Virus record (IMG/VR): IMGVR_UViG_3300029374_000334
Coordinates: 3,965 to 67,964 of that record
Strand: one strand, 5' to 3'
From: a virus
Length of the DNA stretch: 64,000 nucleotides
Positions 38,510 through 48,000 of the stretch are shown here, piece by piece. Below the pieces are notes generated by a model. The model searched no databases. It was given only the letters and a program-made list of their open reading frames with translations, and was not told the origin of the DNA. The stretch's first letter is position 1; each line of letters begins with the position of its first letter. The position numbers were made by a program, and so were the translations under genes.

Positions 38510-39193
38510 ATGAAGAAAAAGACAAAGCAGGTATTAAGTATTTTGAAACCTAAATGTAAGGCGTTAGGGTTCAATTCAAGTGAGTTGGAGGGTATTGCCG
38601 CAGACATTGCCGATAACCTTGAACTTGACGAAGAAGCCTCTGAAGAGGACATTAACGAAAAGATTTCAGCGGAAGTAGATTCGGTAGTTCCTTATCTTAA
38701 AATTGCCCAAAAGGCATCCAATCGTGTTATTCAGAACTATAAGAATAACAAATCCAACGACGACGATAACGACGAAGATGAAGCCGGCGAAGGAAAGTCA
38801 AATAAGCCATCAGAAGAAGCTGATAAAATACCCGCATGGGCTCAGGCACTCATTGCACAGAATAAAGCTATACAGACAGAATTAGTAGGCTTGAAGTCTG
38901 AACGTGTATCAGACGGAAGACGCGCAAAATTGCAGGCCTTGCTCAAAGATACTGGTGTTTTCGGTAAGAACGTGCTCAAAAACTTTGACAGAATGAGTTT
39001 TGAGAACGAATCAGAGTTTGACGATTTCTATGATGGTGTAACTGAAGACTTGTCCGCTATTAATCAAGAGAGAGCAAATGCTGGTCTTGCAAAACTTGGA
39101 GCATCATCAGCTCAGACAGTTCACAAAGATAAAGAAGACAAGCCAGAAGTTCTAAGTGACAAAGACATAGAAGAATTAGCAGAAACTTTTTAA
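38510..39193 (+). CDS. acidic, coiled-coil-rich hypothetical protein
   Basis: 227-aa D/E-rich ORF. Confidence 0.5.
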   Translation: MKKKTKQVLSILKPKCKALGFNSSELEGIAADIADNLELDEEASEEDINEKISAEVDSVVPYLKIAQKASNRVIQNYKNNKSNDDDNDEDEAGEGKSNKPSEEADKIPAWAQALIAQNKAIQTELVGLKSERVSDGRRAKLQALLKDTGVFGKNVLKNFDRMSFENESEFDDFYDGVTEDLSAINQERANAGLAKLGASSAQTVHKDKEDKPEVLSDKDIEELAETF

Positions 39194-39207
39194 AAATTAA
39201 AAAATGT

Positions 39208-39600
39208 ATGTACGGAGTAAGTAACGCAGAAGTATTTGATTCCGGCAAAGAGTCTGTCGTAATTCGCAATTACGTTAACGGAATCACGGGAGGTGTAATT
39301 CTTGATATGACAGGTTTTGACGAACCTTTTATCAAGTGTGGACATGTAATAATTCGAAGTACCAAGGATGGAGAGTATAAGCCCATGCCTATAAGCGCAG
39401 GTGCATATTCATCCCTACCATCTGATGCAGAATACGTGGGTATTTGCATGACTACGGCACCGAAAGACACTCCACATGTAGGAGTAATGACAGCAGGAGA
39501 GGTTAATGACAAGGCAGTGCCTTATTCTGTGGAAACTATAAAGTCTGCCTTTAAAACAGCGGTTCCAACAATACAGTGGGGACATGACAAAATAGGATAA
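39208..39600 (+). CDS. hypothetical protein
   Basis: 130-aa ORF. Confidence 0.45.
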   Translation: MYGVSNAEVFDSGKESVVIRNYVNGITGGVILDMTGFDEPFIKCGHVIIRSTKDGEYKPMPISAGAYSSLPSDAEYVGICMTTAPKDTPHVGVMTAGEVNDKAVPYSVETIKSAFKTAVPTIQWGHDKIG

Positions 39601-39602
39601 CT

Positions 39603-39836
39603 ATGCAGAGTTCTTTGTTTTTAAAGTATGTATTGAGCTTCTTTCCTAAATTGAAGACGCTCATTGAAAAGATCAACGGTAAGCGTAAAAACGAAATGAC
39701 TTATCTTCATAAGGACACTTCAATTCTACGCAGAGTGTTTTCTACGGACAATAAATGGGAGACAGACACAGTAGATACAAGTTTTGTTGCTGCTGACTAT
39801 GTAGCGAACCCCCTAACATTGTGTAGCATTGTATGA
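39603..39836 (+). CDS. hypothetical protein
   Basis: 77-aa ORF. Confidence 0.35.
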   Translation: MQSSLFLKYVLSFFPKLKTLIEKINGKRKNEMTYLHKDTSILRRVFSTDNKWETDTVDTSFVAADYVANPLTLCSIV

Positions 39837-39939
39837 AACCGCAAGTTTTCAGTAAGTTACGCATTTGGAAGATTCTATGAAAACATTTACTTTTGTAAAA
39901 TAATTATACTTTTCTTGTTACTAATTTGTTACTTCATTT

Positions 39940-41094
39940 ATGGGAAATTTGGATAAAGAAGTCGTAAGACTTAGAATGAAGCCATTGAAGAATGGCAGCA
40001 TGAGTTTGTATCTTGACATCTATGTTGAAGGTGTACGCAGATATGAATTTCTGCGTTTGTATCTGAAAGAAGAATTAACGGCAGCAGATCGGCATGAGAA
40101 CCAACGAACCCTCCAACTGGCAAACGCTATTAAAGGCAAACGCCTTGTAGAAATCCAAAACAACCATTTTGGATTTACCAATACTAAAGTGGCACAGAAT
40201 GCCGACTTTATTGCTTACATGAAGAAAAATGTGCGTTGCGGAGGGCATGGTAATGGTACAAAAGAGATGGTTAATAATGTCGCAAAAAAACTATATGAAT
40301 ACTCACGACGTAGGGTCATTCCATTTAAAATGATAGATAAGCCGTTTTGTCTCGGCTTCATTGACTTCTTGAAAAACTGCCGTTCAAAGGGAAGGTTTAA
40401 CAAGCAGTTCAAGGTAGCCATACCTCTATCTGAAAAAAGCATATATTCTTACTATTCCATTTTTTCATCAAATCTACGGCGTGCATACAAGGATGAAATT
40501 ATTTCAGAAAACCCATTGTCAAGAATACATTCTGACGATATACCGAAGAATCCCAAAACCGAACGTGGGTTTCTTACAGAGGAAGAGGTAAAGACGCTCT
40601 ACGCTACTCCATGCAAACACGATTTTGTAAAAACGATATTCCTGTTTGGTTGTACTACTGGATTAAGACTTTCTGACATTGTTTCATTGTGTTGGGAAAA
40701 TCTAACATATTACAAAGACGGCAGTATTGTGTGCAAAAAGAAGCAGGTAAAGACTGGTAATATAGTGGAGTTTCCTATGTCTGACGCTGCAAAAAAACTT
40801 CTTCCACCACGCTATAATGGCGCAACAGGTTTAATTTGGGGATGGAAACTTCATAAAGGTACAGTAGAACATTGTATACAAAAATGGTTGGTGTCTGCAG
40901 GCATAACACGTCGAATAACTTTCCATTGCTCCCGGCATACTTTTGCCACCCTCATGCTGACGAAAGGAGCTGACCTTTACGTCGTGTCAAAATTGCTCGG
41001 ACATTCTGACATATCCAGTACGCAGATTTATGCCAAAGTTGTTGACCAACGGAAAAAAGAAGCTATAGACCTTATGCCCGACTTTAAATCCTAA
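39940..41094 (+). CDS. int: tyrosine-type site-specific recombinase / phage integrase
   Basis: C-terminal catalytic region HCSRHTFATLMLTKGADLYVVSKLLGHSDISSTQIYAKV (R...HxxR...Y). Confidence 0.9.
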   Translation: MGNLDKEVVRLRMKPLKNGSMSLYLDIYVEGVRRYEFLRLYLKEELTAADRHENQRTLQLANAIKGKRLVEIQNNHFGFTNTKVAQNADFIAYMKKNVRCGGHGNGTKEMVNNVAKKLYEYSRRRVIPFKMIDKPFCLGFIDFLKNCRSKGRFNKQFKVAIPLSEKSIYSYYSIFSSNLRRAYKDEIISENPLSRIHSDDIPKNPKTERGFLTEEEVKTLYATPCKHDFVKTIFLFGCTTGLRLSDIVSLCWENLTYYKDGSIVCKKKQVKTGNIVEFPMSDAAKKLLPPRYNGATGLIWGWKLHKGTVEHCIQKWLVSAGITRRITFHCSRHTFATLMLTKGADLYVVSKLLGHSDISSTQIYAKVVDQRKKEAIDLMPDFKS

Positions 41095-41153
41095 ATATAT
41101 TTAAACATATCTGCATATATGCTCATATTTCACAAATATTTTGTATTTTTGTA

Positions 41154-41528
41154 TTGTTAAAATATTTGTGGAATATGAACATAGAAGACAAAAAACTTTT
41201 GAACGAAATCGAGAAGATAGGTGATAACCTTGACACTCGTCAGTTGGTCTTTTTGATGTTGCGCAGATTGGCAGCAATAGAAAAAGGCGGTAAATCAATC
41301 TTTTCTTTGAAGGAAGCAGCCATGTATATGGATTGCTCCACAAATCATGTGCGAGACTTGGCAAGGGACGGCAAAATCGCAAGGTTAAAACCTGCCATTG
41401 ATGGCGGTAAGGCTGGCAGAATTTATTTCCTGCGTAAAGACCTTGACGCTTATCTGACCATGCACAGAATACCAAGCATTTATGAGGTAGAGCAGCAAGC
41501 CTCCGACTATATTGTTTCACATCGTTAA
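41154..41528 (+). CDS. excisionase-like helix-turn-helix protein
   Basis: FSLKEAAMYMDCSTNHVRDLARDGKIARLKP...GRIYFLRKDLDAYL (HTH_17/Xis-like); the minus-strand ORF 41101..41532 overlaps it and is rejected. Confidence 0.5.
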   Translation: MLKYLWNMNIEDKKLLNEIEKIGDNLDTRQLVFLMLRRLAAIEKGGKSIFSLKEAAMYMDCSTNHVRDLARDGKIARLKPAIDGGKAGRIYFLRKDLDAYLTMHRIPSIYEVEQQASDYIVSHR

Positions 41529-41537
41529 TCATAGGTT

Positions 41538-42437
41538 ATGGAAGGTACGCACAATAGATGTTTGCTTGTACCCCTCCCCATGCTGCGTTTAGTTTTTACA
41601 GAGCCGGACACAGTCTTTGACGATATGTTGGAATATGGCTTCTACAAATCAGCAATGACCGAAAAAATAGGCATCGAAGAAGCTGCGTCCAAATTGGCAT
41701 ACGCCATTTGTTTTCCGAAAGGAGTAAACAATGAACTAACCTCATACTTGGATAGTGAAATTGGGCGTTTTGTAGTCAATGGTGACTTCCAACTTGGTAG
41801 CGACTATAAGACAGATGGAGAACGTATTGCCAGTATTGTTGTACATCATGCTCTACAGGACAGCGTTTTTAATGCGGCAGTACTGGAATGGTGCAAGTTG
41901 AGAAATGCCATGTCGCTATTTGAGGTAAGGGGTGGCTCATATCAAAGAACATTGGACGTTGTTAAAAGGCACGGAGCTTTCAAAAACGAGCCGTTGTGTA
42001 TGCTTACCAAAGATGCCATTTTTTCAGCTCGTGACGAAATGTATTCCGAGGATGCAAAAATCCAGTTCTGTATGTATGCAGGTATTCAGTCCATACTTGG
42101 CAGAAAAACTTGGTGTTACACTCATAGGGCAACGATTTTAGAAAGAACTTTCGGATGCAAGGACAAAGCCACCCTCCAATCCATAACTGACAGCCGGATA
42201 CTGGATGCTCACAAAAAATGGTCAGCCAGAAAGCGATACGAGCGTATATACAACCGTCTCGAAAACGAGGGTTTTATATCCACGTTCGGTGCGTGGCGTT
42301 TGGTCTTTGTTTCAATATCCTTGACCTTGGATGAGCTATTGGAAGCGGTAAAAACGTGGAAAATAAAAATGAAAACAGGCAAATCCCCCAAGGAACGGAA
42401 AGTTGAGAAAATGATGGATGAAATCAATGGGGCATAA
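41538..42437 (+). CDS. hypothetical protein
   Basis: 299-aa ORF. Confidence 0.5.
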   Translation: MEGTHNRCLLVPLPMLRLVFTEPDTVFDDMLEYGFYKSAMTEKIGIEEAASKLAYAICFPKGVNNELTSYLDSEIGRFVVNGDFQLGSDYKTDGERIASIVVHHALQDSVFNAAVLEWCKLRNAMSLFEVRGGSYQRTLDVVKRHGAFKNEPLCMLTKDAIFSARDEMYSEDAKIQFCMYAGIQSILGRKTWCYTHRATILERTFGCKDKATLQSITDSRILDAHKKWSARKRYERIYNRLENEGFISTFGAWRLVFVSISLTLDELLEAVKTWKIKMKTGKSPKERKVEKMMDEINGA

Positions 42438-42560
42438 TCGGTGCATCATTAGGGCATCTATAATAGAGAGGTCAGCTATAATATACGGACATCTATAATA
42501 CAATGGGGCATAATCGGTACATCATTAGGGGCATCATAAAGGGCATCTATTAAATAATAT
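42429..42560 (+). repeat. two ~31-37-bp direct repeats (GGGGCATAATCGGTrCATCATTAGGG(G)CATC) plus three CATCTAT(T)AATA sub-repeats
   Basis: Read directly; 76 bp apart; followed by a hairpin terminator and a GC-rich palindrome GCGCGTATGTGCGCATGCG. Confidence 0.7.
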
Positions 42561-42591
42561 AGAAATAATATAGAAATATACTACCGTAGGT

Positions 42592-42612
42592 AAAACTCTT
42601 ACGAGTTTTTAT
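42592..42612 (+). terminator. rho-independent terminator-like hairpin
   Basis: AAAACTC-ttac-GAGTTTT followed by TAT. Confidence 0.5.
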
Positions 42613-42673
42613 AACGCGCGTATGTGCGCATGCGTGAGAAAAACTTGTTGAACCGACTAAAAGAAAATGCAAA

Positions 42674-43912
42674 ATGATTACACTACGAGATTATCAAGAA
42701 AATATATCAGATAAAGCAGCAGAGAAACTGCACAACAATGGACTGGCTTATCTCAGTATGGAAGTCAGGACTGGTAAAACCTTAACAGCACTCGCCACTG
42801 CTGCCAAATATGGCGCAAAATCAGTCCTTTTCATAACTAAGATAAAGGCGATACCGTCCATAAGAGCAGACTACGATTTATTGTCTCCCGAATACAAATT
42901 AGAGATAATAAATTACGAGAGCGTTCATAAATGCATTGGAGAATACGATTTAATCGTCTGTGACGAAGCCCACAGCCTTGGGGCATATCCTAAACCATCA
43001 CAGCGAACAAAAGCCGTCAAAACGGCTGCAAACGGCAAACCTGTGCTTTATTTGTCGGGGACACCAACTCCCGAAAGCTATTCGCAGTTGTACCATCAAC
43101 TTTGGGTGTGCTCTTTTTCTCCATTCGCAAAGTGGAAGAATTTTTATTCGTGGGCAAAATCATTCGTATTCAAGCAAACGAAATTTGTAAATGGATATAC
43201 AATCGTGGATTATTCCCGAGCAAATAAGCATCTGATAGACGAATACACAAAACAACTATTCATCTCCTATTCTCAAGAGCAAGCTGGGTTTAGTAGCAAT
43301 ATAGTAGAGCACAATATAGTCGTTCCAATGAAGGAATCAACTTCTGAATACTTTAAGCAGTTAAGCAAAGACAAAATCATCACCATTGACGGCAAGGAAA
43401 TTCTCGGTGATACTCCTGCAAAGATGTTAGGCAAGCTGCATCAACTTTCCTCGGGAACCTTAATAGCAGAAGATGGCACACATTTACAACTGGATGCGTC
43501 AAAGGCTGAATATGTAAAGGCACACTTCCGAGGGCAGAAGATAGCAATCTTCTACACTTACCAAACAGAGTTTGAAATGTTGAAGTCATGCTTCCCGAAT
43601 TACACGGAAACGCCCGAAGAATTCCAATCATCAGCAGATAGGGTGTTCATATCCCAAGTCCGTAAGGCAAGAGAAGGGGTGCGTCTTGATTCGGCAGATA
43701 GTTTGATATTCTTTTCCTTTGAATACTCATACCTCAGCTATGAACAAGGGCGCAATAGATTAATATCTAAAGAGCGCAAGACACCTGCGGATGTATATTT
43801 TCTTTGCTCTGATTTTGGCATAGATAAAGACATACTGGATGCCGTCCATGGTAAGCAAGATTTCACACTCTCATATTATGGAAAATGCGTTTCTCATATA
43901 AACACAAAATGA
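42674..43912 (+). CDS. SF2/SNF2-like phage helicase
   Basis: Walker A EVRTGKTLTALA, DEAH box VCDEAHSLG. Confidence 0.65.
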   Translation: MITLRDYQENISDKAAEKLHNNGLAYLSMEVRTGKTLTALATAAKYGAKSVLFITKIKAIPSIRADYDLLSPEYKLEIINYESVHKCIGEYDLIVCDEAHSLGAYPKPSQRTKAVKTAANGKPVLYLSGTPTPESYSQLYHQLWVCSFSPFAKWKNFYSWAKSFVFKQTKFVNGYTIVDYSRANKHLIDEYTKQLFISYSQEQAGFSSNIVEHNIVVPMKESTSEYFKQLSKDKIITIDGKEILGDTPAKMLGKLHQLSSGTLIAEDGTHLQLDASKAEYVKAHFRGQKIAIFYTYQTEFEMLKSCFPNYTETPEEFQSSADRVFISQVRKAREGVRLDSADSLIFFSFEYSYLSYEQGRNRLISKERKTPADVYFLCSDFGIDKDILDAVHGKQDFTLSYYGKCVSHINTK

Positions 43913-43955
43913 AACACAAAATGAAACATAAAAAGCAACTCAAAAAGGAACACAA

Positions 43956-44216
43956 ATGACAACGAGAGATATACTTGAAAGCCAGGTTCAAAGAAGCCTC
44001 ATCAAAAAATATGAAGCAGATGGATGGTTTGTGGTAAAACTCATACTTACCACGAAAGCAGGCATCCCAGACTTGCTTCTATTGAAAAATGGCAAGGCAA
44101 GGTTCGTTGAGGTGAAGCGCCCAAATGGGCATCCCACAAAATTACAGCTATACAGGATCCAACAACTTCGTAACATGGGGTTCGATGTTCAAGTTAAATA
44201 TCACTGTGAGCCATAG
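43956..44216 (+). CDS. VRR-NUC domain nuclease
   Basis: GIPDLLLLKNGKARFVEVKRPNG (PD-(D/E)xK core of VRR-NUC); 86 aa. Confidence 0.7.
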   Translation: MTTRDILESQVQRSLIKKYEADGWFVVKLILTTKAGIPDLLLLKNGKARFVEVKRPNGHPTKLQLYRIQQLRNMGFDVQVKYHCEP

Positions 44217-44319
44217 GAACAAATGGCACAATTCTCGCGCGTGAGGTCAAATAAAGACCTTACAGCGAGTTTAGTAAGTAAAAACAATAAATTACACCAT
44301 TCAAATAAAATAAGAGCTT

Positions 44320-45063
44320 ATGAGCAAAAAAAACGATGAAATCCAAAAGATGTTTGTGGATGCAATAGTCGAAGCTCCCATAGAGTTTGAGTTAGAAGGT
44401 AAATACTTCTGCATCTATCCAAAGTGTTTCGGTGTAAATGCCTTGGTGAACAATATCCGTAGACACTTGGATATAAACGAAGAAAATGTGCGGATAAACC
44501 CTATTCTTGAATGTCTGCGCATTTGCCAAGAAAAAAGATCGCTTGTACTTCGGTTAATCACATTGTGTACTTGCAAAGGACAAAAACAAATCACTAATGC
44601 CGCTTTCATAGAAAAGAGGATGAAGTTCTTTGACGAACACATGGAAGAAAGCGATATGGCGAATTTACTGCTCCACTGCCTACAAGACGACAGCGAGAAA
44701 CTGGCAACCTTTATGAAAGCCTTTGGGATAAATGAGCAGCTTGAACTCAAAAGAAAGATTGTCGAAATTAAAGGAGGGCAAAGCGGAAACCAAGTCAGCT
44801 ACGGAGGCGTTACTCTCATGGGTAGTCTTTTCGGTTGGTTCTCGGAGCATTTCGGTTGGACTGCCGACTACATCATCTACGGAATTAGCTATGTAAATTT
44901 GATGATGATGTACTACGACCATATCGAAAGCGTGTATCTCACGGACAAAGAATTAAGAAAGTTGCCAGCACGTATGCTCGCAAACCGAGAAGACATAATA
45001 GATGGCAACAACCGTGATGCAGTAATGAAGGCAGTAATTGAAAGTGAACTAAACCCCGAATAA
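44320..45063 (+). CDS. tail assembly chaperone-like protein (paralogue of 62909..63622)
   Basis: Immediately upstream of the tape measure; shares a C-terminal block (W..DYIIYGISYVNLMMM...VIESELNPE) with the paralogue. Confidence 0.5.
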   Translation: MSKKNDEIQKMFVDAIVEAPIEFELEGKYFCIYPKCFGVNALVNNIRRHLDINEENVRINPILECLRICQEKRSLVLRLITLCTCKGQKQITNAAFIEKRMKFFDEHMEESDMANLLLHCLQDDSEKLATFMKAFGINEQLELKRKIVEIKGGQSGNQVSYGGVTLMGSLFGWFSEHFGWTADYIIYGISYVNLMMMYYDHIESVYLTDKELRKLPARMLANREDIIDGNNRDAVMKAVIESELNPE

Positions 45064-45078
45064 CAAAATTTCAGACAG

Positions 45079-48000
45079 ATGGGAGCATTAAAATTTGAAA
45101 TAACAGGTACTTGTGAGAGTTTGAAAAATGCGTTACGAGACGCACAGATGGCATTCCACACTACAGCAGACGCTGCAGAGCAGCAAGGACAGAGAATTGA
45201 TGCCTTGCTTGGTAAACTGAAAGAAACGGCAGCGATGATAGGCGTAGGCTTTGGAGTAAAAGAGTTTGGAAGAAAGGTCATGGAGGTTAGAGGTCAATTC
45301 CAACAGTTGGAAATGGCATTTACCACCATGCTTCAAAGTGAGAGCAAAGCGAATGACCTTATGAACCAATTAGTACGAACAGCAGCTACAACGCCATTCG
45401 ACTTGCAAGGTGTCGCTGAAGGAGCAAAGCAACTACTTGCCTATGGTACATCGGCAGAAGAAGTGAATGGTACACTTGTACGCCTTGGGGACATAGCAGC
45501 CGGACTTTCTATTCCTCTGAATGACCTTGTGTGGCTCTACGGCACAACAATGACCCAGGGTAGAATGTTCACACAAGACCTACGACAATTCCAGGGCAGG
45601 GGTATTCCAATCGCTGAGGAGATAGCCAAAATAAAGGGCGTGGCTGTTGATGCCGTTGGAGACCTTGTAACAGCAGGTAAGGTCACATCAGACGTTGTAA
45701 AGCAAGCTATTGAGAGTATGACTGCCGAGGGCAGCAAGTTCGGAGGCTTAATGGAAGCACAGAGCCATACAATAACTGGTCAGATAAGCAATATCGAAGA
45801 CTCAATAGACATGATGTTCAACTCCATCGGTCAGAAGTCAGAGGGTGTTATCAACACCACGCTTAGCGGTGTTTCGTATGTTGTTGACCATTGGGAAACG
45901 GTCGGTAAAATCATTCTTACCGTGGCTACGGCATTTGGAACTTATAAGGCAGCTTTACTTGCAGTCATTGCTGCACAGAAAATCAGCAACACCTTGACAG
46001 CCGAAGCCGCCTTACAACAGAAACTTGCTGCGATGTCGGGCATAGCCTTGTCGCAGGCGGAAGTCGTTGCTGCCGCTCGTACCACCCTTTTTGCTGCCGC
46101 TTGGAATGGACTAAAGACTGCAATAATGAGCAACCCTATCGGCTTAATTCTTGGTATTGTGACATCTGCAGCTGCTGCGTTTTATCTTTTTGGAGATAGT
46201 ACAGATGAAGCCGCAGAGAAGCAGGAGAAATTTGGTGAGAGTGCGGATAAGGCAGCAGACAAGGTGGAATCACTTTTTGCCGTTCTCCAGTCCGCCTCAT
46301 CTACAAGCAAAGTGCATAAGGACGCACTGAACGAGCTGAAAGGCATTGCTGATGAATATGGAATTACGCTAAGCAAAGAAGGAGATTTGGCCCAACAGCT
46401 TATAGACAAGAAAGAAGCTCTAATAGGTGTCATTCGTGAGGAAGCCATAGAACGCCAGCGTGCCAATGACATAACCGAAGCGTCTGATGCCTATCAGAAG
46501 AATATCCAAGATCTGAAAGACAAGATAAAAGACACTCTTTCAGATGATTTTTCTGATATGCAGAAGAACCAACTGGTTAACCTCATATCAGAAGAGGATA
46601 TAAAGAAAATTACTGATGCCTATAATACGATGATTTCGGCAGAGAAGAAATCCATCGAACTCACAGGCACTTGGAACTCACGCTTCTCGAATAAACAGAT
46701 AGGGGAATACAACAAGACAATAACTGACCTTGCCAACAAGATAGGAGTGTATAGCAAAGCCCTCGGTGTTAGCGAGAAGTCAGCCAATGACGCAAAGCGA
46801 GCCATCCAAAAAAATGGAATGGCACTTGCCACTACTCGCAAGGAATATGACGATACCGTCAATGCCACAAATAAAGCCGCTGCAGCAGCCCAAAGTGCAG
46901 AAATGGCTACTGATGGACTGACAGAATCACAAAGAAGCCTGTCAGACAAAACAAGGATGGCAAAAGAAAATGTGAACGACCTTGCCAACGAGATAAAGAA
47001 GATGATAGAGACATACAACAACTCAAACATCAACATTCAAATCTCGTATGATGAGTTGAACACTCCTCCTGCATGGATGCAAGGCGTGGCACAGAAGATG
47101 TCGTCAGACCAACTGAAAAACCTTGCGTCACAGCACCAGTCAAGGGCGAATCGTATGCGCAGTCACAAGGCACAAACAGGACGTGACCTCGTAGTGAAGA
47201 ACCAACAAGGTTATTACACAAATGAACGTGAGGAGCAAGTTATGGCAGGTCAGTATGCCATTCTTGCCCAACAGAAGAAAACAGAGGAGGAAAACGCTCG
47301 CAGGGCTGCGGAGGAAGCAAAAAAGAAGAAAACCAAATCCACAACAAAGAAAGACGACAAAAAGCAGTTGGAGCAGCAACAAAAAGACTATGCCGCCTTG
47401 ATAAAGAAGCATGAACAAGAACGGAAGCGTGAAGCCGAGGACTTGGCTTTTTCCACCACAGAAGCTGAGATTGCCGCAATGAAGGACGGAACAGAGAAAA
47501 CCATCGCCCAGATTGACCTTGACTTCAAGAAAAAGGAAACCGAGATAAATCGTGCCTACGAGGACTTGAAGCAGCAGAAGATAGACAAGGCGAGAGAATT
47601 GTGGAAAGCTGATCCAAACAACAAGAATAAAGTGTTTGACGAGAAAACCGTTGACACATCATATTCCAAAGCTGAGACGGACAATTATAATGCTCAACTC
47701 AAAGCTAACCAAGAAGCACACGATAGAAGTCTTGCCCAGGAGTTCGCCAAGGAACACCAAGCACTGAATGACTATCTGAAAGAATATGGTGACTATCAGC
47801 AGAAGAAGCTCGCCATTCAGCAGGAGTATTCAGAGAAAATATCCAAGGCGCAGACGCAAGGCGAGAGAATGTCGCTTCAAGCTGCACTGGATAAATCCTT
47901 GTCTGATTTGTCAACCTCGGAGCTAAAAGCAAGCATAGATTGGGAGGGTGTCTTTAATGACCTTGACAGCGTGTCGTTGGAGTATTTGCAGAAGCTAAAA

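Noticed and set aside
41101-41532. Minus-strand ORF overlapping the excisionase-like gene
   Set aside because: The + strand frame has a recognisable HTH/Xis-like motif and fits the int-xis gene order. The minus-strand product is Cys/Leu-rich with no motif.
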